A stretch of 64,000 nucleotides of DNA from Eledone cirrhosa (lineage: Eukaryota): NCBI GenBank assembly GCA_964016885.1, contig OZ024740.1, positions 204,910,001-204,974,000 on the forward strand, given 5' to 3'. The notes beneath the pieces are model-generated. The model was not told the DNA's origin and did not search any database. It was given only the letters and a program-made list of their open reading frames with translations. The position numbers were made by a program, and so were the translations under genes. Of this stretch, positions 37,696 to 50,117 are shown piece after piece; the first letter of the stretch is position 1; every line of letters begins with the position of its first letter.

Positions 37696-38429
37696 AATTC
37701 AGCTCCAGCAACACTGACCAGATCTAGTCAGTGAGTTCAATTGACATCGCATTGTATTCAGTACTGCAAGTAAGAGTACCTATGTCTCTTTTCGTTTGTT
37801 GGCCTTGACTTTCACCCTGTAAGGAAAGTAATGTAGCAAGGTTTTGTCTGGATTTGAAACCTGCCACTTTTAATCCCTTTTTGCATATTACTGAGAAAAG
37901 CAACTGACATCATTTAACCATTTAGTATTTAAACCAACCATATCTGGCCAGAATTCTCACCATAATTGGCTGCTCATACCAATGTTAAGGTATTATTCTC
38001 AAAATAAATAATATCAAAATCTTGTAGATTTGATATCATGTGAGATAATTATGAGGTAAAGCCTTTACTGTGAAAATATAGTAAATATAGAGTAATGTAA
38101 AGGGTTAAGGCCAGCCAATAAAATTGTTACAATCAAACCTGGATTTTAACAAAGAAATCATCAGATGAAATCTAGCCAATAAAATTCTGTATATAGCCAA
38201 ATTCCAAATGTTTAACATTGAGAACATCAAATGATGTCATTGCTCTGGTGAGCAGTGAAGTGTACATCTATGTCAATGTACAATATGCTATATTAAGTGA
38301 TATTAAAACAAAAAAATTAAGATGACCTAGATGACTAAGATGGCAGGGTGCCCTGATGCTGTGGGATCACTTTGGTTAGGTCATGTCACATCATCTTGCT
38401 CTACACAGCAAGAATTTATTTTAACATAC

Positions 38430-38832
38430 ATTACACTGTAAAGTAGTTGTGTAGGGGTCACGACAAAAAGTGTCCAGCACACTGTAAAATGGTCATGTAG
38501 GGTCATGACAAAAAGCACCAATCCACACTGTAAAGTTGTTGTTTAGGTATTATGACAAAAAACACCCAGTCTACACTGTAAAGTGGTTTAGGTATCATCA
38601 CAAAAAACACCCAGTCCACGCTGTAAAGTGGTTGTGTAGGTGTCAACAAAAAGCACCCAGCATTCACTGTAAATGAGGTTGGTGTTAGGAAAGGCATCCA
38701 ATTGGAGAAATCAAGCCAAAATCAGTTCTGTATGAGATTGACATGGTCACCTGACCTAGCATTGCTCACAATTGGATAACTCGTCTAATCCATGCCAGCG
38801 TGGAAAAATGTACATTAAACGGTGATGATGAT
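38430..38832 (+). repeat. RTE/SINE 3' tail with ~6 tandem units
   Basis: Same unit and terminal sequence, ends ggtgatgatgat. Confidence 0.8.
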
Positions 38833-39190
38833 CATCATCACAATGACTAAGATTTCACACTTTATTTTCATCTTAGATCAAACTTCTATTCTATGTTCTA
38901 GTGTGAATTTTGTTGACTTTTGTATATCTAATATTTTCCACCATTGATATGTTTAATTTATGCATATCATGTTTTCTATTGAAGCATATGTAAATCCATC
39001 ATGTTTTATTATCTTTGGTGTGTTTCTTTCACATTTATCATTTATTTCCTGGTGTCAAAATTACCCTCACACTTTTTTGTGACTTGGTCACTGACATACT
39101 TTCATTGTAACAGTGTATCAACATTTTTGACATCAGAAAATGTAAAATGAATTTAAGTTTTTGTGAGCTTTTTGAATGATTATAATATAG

Positions 39191-42100
39191 TTTCCTCAAT
39201 GCAATTGCTTTAGTTTCAACACTGTCCCAGATCAAGTCCCATGCCAAACAAGTACAACTGTGGCTAAAAGGATATTCTTCCTTAATGTAAATTGCTTTAG
39301 TTTCAACACTGTCCCAGATCAAGTCACATGTCAAACAAGTACAACTGTGGCTAAAATGATATTCTTCCTTAATGTAAATTGCTTTAATTTCAACACTGTC
39401 CCAGATCAAGTCACTTGTCAAACAAGTACAACTGTGGCTAAAATGATATTCTTCCTCAATGCAATTGCTTTAGTTTCAACACTGTCCCAGATCAAGTCAC
39501 TTGTCAAACAAGTACAACTGTGGCTAAAATGATATTCTTCCTTAATGTAAATTGCTTTAGTTTCAACACTGTCCCAGATCAAGTCACTTGTCAAACAAGT
39601 ACAACTGTGGCTAAAATGATATTCTTCCTCAATGTAAATTGCTTTAGTTTCAACACTGTCCCAGATCAAGTCACTTGTCAAACAAGTACAACTGTGGCTA
39701 AAATGATATTCTTCCTCAATGTAAATTGCTTTAGTTTCAACACTGTCCCAGATCAAGTCACTTGTCAAACAAGTACAACTGTGGCTAAAATGATATTCTT
39801 CCTTAATGTAAATTGCTTTAGTTTCAACACTGTCCCAGATCAAGTCACATGTCAAACAAGTACAACTGTGGCTAAAATGATATTCTTCCTCAATGTAAAT
39901 TGCTTTAGTTTCAACACTGTCTCAGATCAAGTCACATGTCAAACAAGTACAACTGTGGCTAAAATGATATTCTTCCTCAATGTAAATTGCTTTAGTTTCA
40001 ACACTGTCCCAGATCAAGTCACTTGTCAAACAAGTACAACTGTGGCTAAAATGATATTCTTCCTTAATGTAAATTGCTTTAGTTTCAACACTGTCCCAGA
40101 TCAAGTCACTTGTCAAACAAGTACAACTGTGGCTAAAATGATATTCTTCCTTAATGTAAATTGCTTTAGTTTCAACACTGTCCCAGATCAAGTCACTTGT
40201 CAAACAAGTACAACTGTGGCTAAAATGATATTCTTCCTCAATGTAAATTGCTTTAGTTTCAACACTGTCCCAGATCAAGTCACTTGTCAAACAAGTACAA
40301 CTGTGGCTAAAATGATATTCTTCCTTAATGTAAATTGCTTTAGTTTCAACACTGTCCCAGATCAAGTCACTTGTCAAACAAGTACAACTGTGGCTAAAAT
40401 GATATTCTTCCTCAATGTAAATTGCTTTAGTTTCAACACTGTCCCAGATCAAGTCACATGTCAAACAAGTACAATTGTGGCTAAAATGATATTCTTCCTC
40501 AATGTAAATTGCTTTAGTTTCAACACTGTCCCAGATCAAGTCACTTGTCAAACAAGTACAACTGTGGCTAAAATGATATTCTTCCTTAATGTAAATTGCT
40601 TTAGTTTCAACACTGTCCCAGATCAAGTCACTTGTCAAACAAGTACAACTGTGGCTAAAATGATATTCTTCCTCAATGTAAATTGCTTTAGTTTCAACAC
40701 TGTCCCAGATCAAGTCACTTGTCAAACAAGTACAACTGTGGCTAAAATGATATTCTTCCTCAATGTAAATTGCTTTAGTTTCAAGACTGTCCTAGATCAA
40801 GTCACTTGTCAAACAAGTACAACTGTGGCTAAAATGATATTCTTCCTCAATGTAAATTGCTTTAGTTTCAACACTGTCCCAGATCAAGTCACATGTCAAA
40901 CAAGTACAATTGTGGCTAAAATGATATTCTTCCTCAATGTAAATTGCTTTAGTTTCAACACTGTCCCAGATCAAGTCACTTGTCAAACAAGTACAACTGT
41001 GGCTAAAATGATATTCTTCCTTAATGTAAATTGCTTTAGTTTCAAGACTGTCCCAGATCAAGTCACTTGTCAAACAAGTACAATTGTGGCTAAAATGATA
41101 TTCTTCCTCAATGTAAATTGCTTTAGTTTCAACACTGTCCCAGATCAAGTCACTTGTCAAACAAGTACAACTGTGGCTAAAATGATATTCTTCCTCAATG
41201 TAAATTGCTTTAGTTTCAACACTGTCCCAGATCAAGTCACTTGTCAAACAAGTACAACTGTGGCTAAAATGATATTCTTCCTCAATGTAAATTGCTTTAG
41301 TTTCAACACTGTCCCAGATCAAGTCACTTGTCAAACAAGTACAACTGTGGCTAAAATGATATTCTTCCTTAATGTAAATTGCTTTAGTTTCAACACTGTC
41401 CCAGATCAAGTCACTTGTCAAACAAGTACAACTGTGGCTAAAATGATATTCTTCCTTAATGTAAATTGCTTTAGTTTCAACACTGTCCCAGATCAAGTCA
41501 CTTGTCAAACAAGTACAACTGTGGCTAAAATGATATTCTTCCTCAATGTAAATTGCTTTAGTTTCAACACTGTCCCAGATCAAGTCACTTGTCAAACAAG
41601 TACAATTGTGGCTAAAATGATATTCTTCCTCAATGTAAATTGCTTTAGTTTCAACACTGTCCCAGATCAAGTCACATGTCAAACAAGTACAATTGTGGCT
41701 AAAATGATATTCTTCCTCAATGTAAATTGCTTTAGTTTCAACACTGTCCCAGATCAAGTCACTTGTCAAACAAGTACAACTGTGGCTAAAATGATATTCT
41801 TCCTTAATGTAAATTGCTTTAGTTTCAAGACTGTCCCAGATCAAGTCACTTGTCAAACAAGTACAATTGTGGCTAAAATGATATTCTTCCTCAATGTAAA
41901 TTGCTTTAGTTTCAACACTGTCCCAGATCAAGTCACTTGTCAAACAAGTACAACTGTGGCTAAAATGATATTCTTCCTCAATGTAAATTGCTTTAGTTTC
42001 AACACTGTCCCAGATCAAGTCACTTGTCAAACAAGTACAACTGTGGCTAAAATGATATTCTTCCTCAATGTAAATTGCTTTAGTTTCAACACTGTCCCAG

Positions 42101-42834
42101 ATCAAGTCACTTGTCAAACAAGTACAACTGTGGCTAAAATGATATTCTTCCTTAATGTAAATTGCTTTAGTTTCAACACTGTCCCAGATCAAGTCACTTG
42201 TCAAACAAGTACAACTGTGGCTAAAATGATATTCTTCCTCAATGTAAATTGCTTTAGTTTCAACACTGTCCCAGATCAAGTCACTTGTCAAACAAGTACA
42301 ATTGTGGCTAAAATGATATTCTTCCTCAATGTAAATTGCTTTAGTTTCAACACTGTCCCAGATCAAGTCACTTGTCAAACAAGTACAACTGTGGCTAAAA
42401 TGATATTCTTCCTTAATGTAAATTGCTTTAGTTTCAAGACTGTCCCAGATCAAGTCACTTGTCAAACAAGTACAACTGTGGCTAAAATGATATTCTTCCT
42501 CAATGTAAATTGCTTTAGTTTCAACACTGTCCCAGATCAAGTCACTTGTCAAACAAGTACAACTGTGGCTAAAATGATATTCTTCCTTAATGTAAATTGC
42601 TTTAGTTTCAACACTGTCCCAGATCAAGTCACTTGTCAAACAAGTACAACTGTGGCTAAAATGATATTCTTCCTTAATGTAAATTGCTTTAGTTTCAACA
42701 CTGTCCCAGATCAAGTCACTTGTCAAACAAGTACAATTGTGGCTAAAATGATATTCTTCCTCAATGTAAATTGCTTTAGTTTCAACACTGTCTCAGATCA
42801 AGTCACTTGCCAAACAAGTACAACTGTGGCTGAA
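39191..42834. repeat. tandem array of ~42 near-identical 87-bp units in COMMD9 intron 1
   Basis: Unit atgatattcttcct(c/t)aatgtaaattgctttagtttcaacactgtcccagatcaagtcac(t/a)tgtcaaacaagtacaactgtggctaaa; 38 full units 39529-42834 plus ~4 more divergent units at the left edge. Confidence 0.98.
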
Positions 42835-43080
42835 ATTTAAGAGCTTCTGCCAAGTTATCAAATACCCAAGGGACAGTTGTTACATGTTGCCTATATTTTG
42901 CTCTATATTTCAATAAAGTGTTGATTAAAATTTCCATTACATCTTTTACAAATGAAGTTTATTGTCATAATGATAATTTCTAAATAACATTGATAGTTTT
43001 TCTCTGACTTTCAATATTGATCTCACACTCTCTTTCTCTCTCTTTTTTCTTTTCCTCCCCTCCCTCTCTCTCTCATACAG

Positions 43081-43209
43081 AGTCCTAACAAAGATATAGT
43101 GGTGAGAATTTGTAATGATATCGTGAAATTTTCTGGACTTGGATCAACTGAGCCACAATTAAAATTCATCTGTAATTCACTTAAAGTAGAGAAAGAAGAC
43201 AGTGAAAAA
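43081..43209 (+). CDS. COMMD9: COMM domain-containing protein 9, coding exon 2 (SPNKDIVVRICNDIVKFSGLGSTEPQLKFICNSLKVEKEDSEK)
   Basis: ~55-nt polypyrimidine tract + CAG acceptor, 129 nt open in phase 0/0, GTAAGT donor. Aligns by eye to human ASSKDVVRQLCQESFSSSALGLKKLLDVTCSSLSVTQEEAEE. Later exons not found in the window. Confidence 0.8.
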
Positions 43210-44093
43210 GTAAGTCCATAATTCATTCCATCCTGAAAACTTGGAGAACTGAAAACTTTTTATTTCTTTTACTTGTTTCAGTCGTTAGACTGTAACTATG
43301 CTGGGGTATTGCTTTGAAGGGAATTAATCAATTATATTGACCCTAGTACTTTTTATATTTATCAAGTTTGGTGCTTATTTTATCAATCACTTTCTGTGGA
43401 ACTGCTAAGTTACAGGGCATAAACAGACACAGGCACACACATACACACGCATGTATACAACAAGCTTCTACACAGTTTCTGTCTACCAACTTCCACTCAT
43501 AAGGCATCACTCAATCTGAGGCTATAATAGAAGACAATTGCTCATGGTTCCAGTAGACCTTAAACAAAGAACCACATGGTGGCAATGCAAACTCCTTAAG
43601 GAGGTAACCATGTCTGTGCCCATACCTCAATCATGTTTTTTAATAATACTGAAATTTTGAAAAGTATTAACCTTTGCAAGCATGGTTGTGTGAATAAAGA
43701 ATTTGCTTTGCAATCATATTGTCTTGGGCTGAATGTGAAGCACCTTGGACAAATGTTTTCTACTATAGCCATGGGTTGACCAATGGCTTGTGAATGAAAT
43801 TTGATAGATGGAAACTGCTTGTGAGTGTGCCTGTATATATATATGTGTGTGTGTGTGTGTGTTTATGTCTTGTAAACTAGTAGTTTGATAAACAGATACT
43901 GGGGTTGATATAGTCTACTAAAATTTCTTCAATCTGGTGTCCCAGCATGACTGCAGTCTAATTACTGAAGCCAGTAAAAGAATAAAAGAACAATACTAAT
44001 TTTTGTTTTCTTTAAACCTCTTTGTGACTATACTTTTAACCCTTTAGCATTTACATTATATTTACTATTGCATTTTCACGGTAAGTGCTTTAT

Positions 44094-44280
44094 GCAAGGG
44101 CGGTGAATTGGCAGTATCGGTAGAGTGTCGGACATGCTTTCCAACATAGTTATGTCCCTTTACGATCTGAGTTCAAATCCCACTGAGGTTAACTTTGCCT
44201 TTCATCCTTACGAGGTCGATAAAATAAAGTACCAGTAATATACTGGAATAATTGCTGGCCTTGTGCCAAAAGTAGAAACA
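44094..44280 (+). mobile_element. tRNA-derived SINE (family A) inserted in a MITE with 39-bp target-site duplication
   Basis: attatatttactattgcattttcacggtaagtgctttat at 44055-44093 and 44281-44319. Confidence 0.88.
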
Positions 44281-47200
44281 ATTATATTTACTATTGCATT
44301 TTCACGGTAAGTGCTTTATCTCACATAATTATTTCATATAATATGGAATCTATGAGATTTTGATATTATTTATTTTGAGAACAATACCTTAATGTCGGTA
44401 TGAGTGGCCGGTTACAGCCAGTTTGAACAGAAAGAGGTGAGAGAATTCTGGTTGGATACGGCCGGTTTAAATGCTAAAGGGTTAATGAAATAAGCTACTT
44501 GTATTTGACTTAATTCTTAAAATAATGAAGAATTGGAAGATATTTAGTAAAATAACTTATTAATTAATATATTGAGTTGGTGTCTAGAACATAACCTAAC
44601 AAAATTCTTTTATATAAAATTATGATGCAAGGTTTTCAATATAAGGTAGATAGAAGAGAAACTAGATATCAGGTATACTTAAACAAGGAGAGAAGCAAAA
44701 AGTATGAGGTTTGCATATGTTCTGCATTTTGAGAATCTGAGCTGTGATGTTTGGGATTGTAAAACAGTGTATTAATATGAATTATAGAGTTGTTGATAGC
44801 AGTGTCCTCACCCTTACTAATGCTAAGAGGAAGGAGGCATGCAAATGTTATTATGAGAGGTTGCTGAATAAGGGGAATTCAAATAGACCTAACCAGCAAT
44901 TAAAATCAACAGTTTAAGAATCAAAATAGCTATTAAGAATATGATGGCAAGGAAAGCAGTTGGAATATCAAGAATAGTCAGAAAGATATTGAATATGTTC
45001 TGTGAAGTAGGATTGTGTGATTTAATCACTCATATATTTAATGTGAAAGCTTCTATACATAACTTTCATCAACCTAGAGAAGGCCTTTCACAAGATATTA
45101 CACTTTGAAGACTGGTGGTCATCAACAGCTTTATGTGTAGATAAATAGTTCATGAGAACCACACAAGTCATATACAGAGATGCTATTCACAACTAAGTCA
45201 GCTACAAGGAATTGAGCATATAATTAGATGTCTACCAGGGCTCATATTTCAAGCTCTTCCTGTTTATTATTGTTTCCAGGTCTTAACAGAAGAGTTTCAG
45301 ACTATTTGAAGGTCTATACACCAATAACCTTAGTTATGTGTGCATTCTTAGATTTACCATTACCCTTAACCTTTGTGTGTGCGTGTGTTTATGTATAGAA
45401 GCTTTAGCTCATAGGACTTCCATGATCTATGAACAATAATAGTAATCTAAGGATTTGTAGCTCATGAAGCCAATAAACTATTAGCCTGCCACTCACAAGA
45501 CACCTAGTTCATGTATCTTCCCTAGTACTTTGCTGTATCCGTAGCCAAAACAGTTGTTGTTAAGCTGCAAGTCTGCCCTGATCAAATGATCTATGATCAG
45601 AAAAATTTCCAACCATGACCATATCATCCTAATTTTTATATCTAGAACTGCATTGTCAAATGTGTCTTTCATTTCTTAAGACAGTAAGAATTTTAAGTAG
45701 ATTTGACTTCTATTTCTAATAGGTCAAGAAACCATTTAGAATCTCCTTCTTTTGCTCATCTCTTAAATAAGTATGTGCTGAACCTCACAAAGGAAATGAC
45801 CAGGACCAAGAAAACTGGCAATATTCTGTAATACGAGGAACTTGCCTTCCCATGTAAGTGGAACGATTGCAGCAGAAGCAAGATGGCTAATCCACGTACT
45901 TCCCTCCACTCTAAACCTGAAGAAGCAGTGAGATGTTAAACACTCGAGTCTCATCTCCCACCCACCAGTATACTCCTGAAATCTCTGCCAGTATGCCCCT
46001 AATCTCTTCCTTCACCTTAAACTCAATGAAGCAGAGAGATGGAACAATTCTTAGGTCCTAATCTGCCAATATACTCCTGACTTTTTTGCCTAATCCATAC
46101 TAGCATAGAAATCTAGGTGGACTGATTCACCTTTCTTGCTGAGTCCTTGCATCCTCAACAACCTCCCAACCCAAGAAAGCCTGGCATATACTAAAAAATG
46201 ACTGGCACCACCCACCCAACCACATGCCCCAAGCAATATATAAATGTCCCATATTTAGGCCACTAATGGAAGACAGGAACCAGCATCCCCCCCACCCCCA
46301 ACACTACCATGTACACTAAACACCTGAGTGCTGTAATGAAATAGGGCTGGTGCCACTACAATAGCATCAAGTCTAACCTGTAAGGTGGTAGTGCTGGTGC
46401 CACTACAAAAGCACCCAGTCTACTATGTAAGGTGGTAGTGTTGTTGTAAAGTAGTTGGAAGTGCATCCAGCTATAGAAACCATGTTCCCAGTACACTCTG
46501 TAAAGTGGTTGATGTTAAGAAGGACAAATATCAATAGAAATCAAGTGTATTGACCAGGACCTAGTCACCTTACCAGGCTGGCCTCAGCATGCGACAGCTG
46601 TCTAATCCATGCAAGCATGGAAAATAGACATTAAACAGTTTTGATTTAAATATAAACATGTTAACCCTTTCTTTACAATATTTATTTCTCATGAAACACA
46701 CTACCTATATTTTTCAATAATTTTTTTTAATGATTAAAAGTATGGAGACATTTAGTAATATATCTAGCTCACTTTCTTAATATTAAGATGGTGTTAAGGG
46801 CATCAATGTCCTTCCATAAAATCATGATGGAAGTTTTTTAGATAAATATAAACATCTTAGTATCAGGGACCCAGTACACCCTGTAAAAATTGCTAGACAA
46901 TGGTTTGAGAGCCCTCTTCAGTTGTATCAAAGGTATGACAATCTCCTTAGTGTTGGTGTCATGATAAAACACATTCAGTACACTCTGTAAAGTGTTTGGT
47001 GATAGAAAGGGCATCTAAGGGCAGAAAACTTGCTGAACAAAATGACAAAAGTTATGTAAAAAATATGACAACCTCCCCAGTCCTGACATCCCGACCAGCC
47101 CTTCTTAATAGGGACAATGGATGTATGATGATGATGCTGATATATGATATATAATTTATTGTTTTCAACAACAGATATTGAGCTCAGTTCTATAATTTTA

Positions 47201-47289
47201 AAAAGCCTCATATTTTTACTTGTCCACCCAATAATACTTTTTTAATTGCGCTGATTACGATGAAGCAAACTGTAATCTCACATTAAGCT

Positions 47290-47910
47290 GCGTCGTTGAT
47301 CCAATTCCAATTTCCTGTTGCGGACATTTCACCTCACTCCAGTTCTTTTCTTCTTTCAACGAAGTCAATAAAAAGTTGATGATTAGTGGGCTACAATACT
47401 CTAATGATTGTTCAATATATTCCTTTTACATTTCACAATTACACAATACATATTTCTATGGCCGGTTTAAGTCATCAGTCCATGATGCAAGACAATCAGA
47501 TGTAATGAACATAATAGATTTAAAAGATCTAGTTCAGTAATCCTTATAGGGTTACAGCAAAATATAAACAATAATATCTGAAACTTCCCTGTTCTTATCA
47601 AAGGTCAATGTGCTTCTCAAAACGCTTTGACAGCATCTAACACAACAGCTTCCTGACTATTACCAAGAGCGTGTGCCTCTCCAGTTGTTATAGTCACATA
47701 AATTGTCTTTTTTCGGTAGCTCCACATTTCCACTCATCCGGACTTTTGCAGTGTGCCAAATTATATTTATCAATACAGATAGTTCTTTTACCATTGGATC
47801 GCCTTACTTCAGAAGAAATAAAATCTACACCGGTTGCCTTATTGTTTGCCATGGGTTTTAAGCCTTCTTTTATTTCGCCTTCTGAAATGTGCCTAATAGC
47901 AACAAATATT
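47290..47910 (-). pseudogene. highly degraded RTE-like RT fragment
   Basis: ISEGEIKEGLKPMANNKATGVDFISSE ... PDEWKCG ... NLCDYNNWRG. Confidence 0.6.
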
Positions 47911-48698
47911 TATCCTATAGAAAAGTAACCGGATTTTATCTTAAAATACCCATTAATCATGACAAATTCATCTTTTATCAGGTTAAAATACTAATTCAAA
48001 ATCAAATGTTTGCAATTTTGGATACAGAAATAAGGTTGCGTTTGATTTATGGTTAGGTTAAAACATACGATAGGTCTAGTACTTACTTGGTAAACAGCTT
48101 ATGAAATCCTCACTCAAAACTTATAACTTTCTCCTCTGACCTGCAGCTTATAGGACGCAGAGTGGTTTTTAGAGATAGTTTATTGGGTGGGGGCATCTCA
48201 TAAAGCCACGGAATAATTGTTTAATTTTTGGTTGTTTTGAGTGGATACTACGCTTCAATGTGTAGCAACCTTAGTATGTGGGAAATAAAAGAAAAAAATT
48301 AATGTAATCCTTCATTGCGCCACCCCCACTACATACGTTCTTCTTCTACAAATGTGTTTCGATAAAGTATCAAAGTATCTTTAATTTATTAAGCCTTACA
48401 TAAAGTTCAACGTGATACTCTTCTATATGTGTTCTGAGTGTTTTTATCTTGCCACTTCAAATGATCATTTGAATGTAATCTTCTATTGTTCATATATTTA
48501 TATATGAATAATATATACATATATATGATGATGATAGTCAGGTATTTTTAGTTATGCGGGAATTTAAGACAAAGCTGTCTCTCTCTCTGTATACTGTATA
48601 TATATATATAGATATATAGATAAATGTGTGTGTGTATATACATACAGCAATGAATTTGTTTTCCAAGGTTTTTGATATGAAATCGTGTGTTGAAACAG

Positions 48699-48818
48699 AT
48701 ATTGTTATATTTAGGGAGGGTCATGTTGTTATAATATTGCCAGAAAAAAATAGTGTGTTTTACTACATTTTTTCTGACAATATTATAACAACATGACCCT
48801 CCCCAAATATAACAATAT
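48699..48818. repeat. near-perfect 120-bp hairpin (MITE-like; partial arm also ~58178-58205)
   Basis: atattgttatatttagggagggtcatgttgttataatattg / caatattataacaacatgaccctccccaaatataacaatat. Confidence 0.85.
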
Positions 48819-48834
48819 ATATATATGATAAATC

Positions 48835-49390
48835 CCCTGGTCTTGCCGGATGCCTCATCATGGCGAAAGGGTGTCAACCACAGATCTCAGTGGGTAAAGA
48901 ACTGGCAAATACAGGCGTCAGGTTAGCAACCCGGCACTGCTGTAAAATTCAAAATCGCTAAAGAAACAGTAAGAAAAGCAAAAAAAAAAACCATAAATAA
49001 CTGGCGCAAAGATGAAGGTGTGGGAAACACTCCATTCTTGATGGGCCTCAACCAAAGCCGAAAGGACGTTGGCATTCTGAGTGCCAAAACAAAGACGTGA
49101 GTTGGAACTTGGAACGTGCGAACGCTGTACCAGGAAGGAAAGCTGGCTCAGCTACTGTTATCTGAACATTCTGGGCGTGAGGGAAATATGCTGAGCTGGC
49201 AGCGGAAGCATGATTCTGGACACCTAGACAAGCACGTACACATCGTGAGGGAGTTGACGGGAGTGTCGAGCAGTGCCAGCATGGCAATGAAGACAAAAAT
49301 AGCAAGACATTGACCACTGGAGCAGAACAGGACCAGAGATGGATGGAGCACTTCCGGGAAACGCTGAACCAACCAAATCCAGTTAGCCCC
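48835..49390 (+). mobile_element. 5' part of a second RTE-family LINE (5'UTR, APE start, internally deleted)
   Basis: GTWNVRTLYQEGKLAQL (APE N-terminus) and QRWMEHFRETLNQP. Confidence 0.75.
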
Positions 49391-50117
49391 GTTTCCTTCT
49401 CCCCTCTCCACCCCCTGCACCCACCCACCACCACCTCTACACGCCTCACGCCCTTTCACCACTTGTTTTCATTTAAATTTTTTTCCTTCCCTTTAGCCTT
49501 CCCCCTTTAAATGTCTTTCCACCACTCCCCCTCACACCCTCAGAACTCTTTTCCTTCCCACTTTTCTCCTGATGAACGGCTTATGCCTGAAACGTCGTCC
49601 CCCACCCCCACTCTCAAGCGTGAACCTAATGCTAACACTGTTTATACTGCACTCTTCGTTATTGTTTTTGTCTTTTGTTTTTAATTTATATATATATAAT
49701 TTTCAATTTGTACACCTTTAACATATGTTTATTACTCTGAGATTCAATTTATCAATTTATCGATATCATCTTATTGAGTACTTTGTGCAAAGCTTCCAAA
49801 TATTGTTCTTCCGTGGGATGCGAGCTGTTGCCGCAACTTCGATTCGTTTTACTCACATTATAAATATATAATATATATAATATATATTTTGCTGTTTTTT
49901 TACTGTTTCCTCTTTTCTTCATTTTTGCTTTCCTTCCCTCCCTCCTCCGTTTTCCCAATATCTTATCCAGTTATAGATGCCCTGGGGCGAGATATATTGT
50001 CTTTAAAGCGTAGAAATATCCGAGACCCCCAGTAGACAACTGATGAGGAAACCCCCCCCCCCGCCCCGTTCTTGCTTTCTTCGTATTCCCACTGCATTTT
50101 AAGTTATATATATATAT

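Noticed and set aside
39038-42726. Minus-strand repeat ORFs (TSDLIWDSVETKAIYIEEEYHFSHSCTCL)n as a protein
   Set aside because: Broken by TGA/TAG variants, common variants are non-synonymous in this frame, and the track starts are non-ATG
39191-42834. CRISPR-like array
   Set aside because: Units are contiguous and near-identical with no unique spacers; no cas genes; eukaryotic intron context
48143-48230. Candidate COMMD9 exon 3 (LIGRRVVFRD...)
   Set aside because: Plausible acceptor, but in-frame stop after 18 codons and no FP..FH..LK motif; exon 3 probably lies beyond the window
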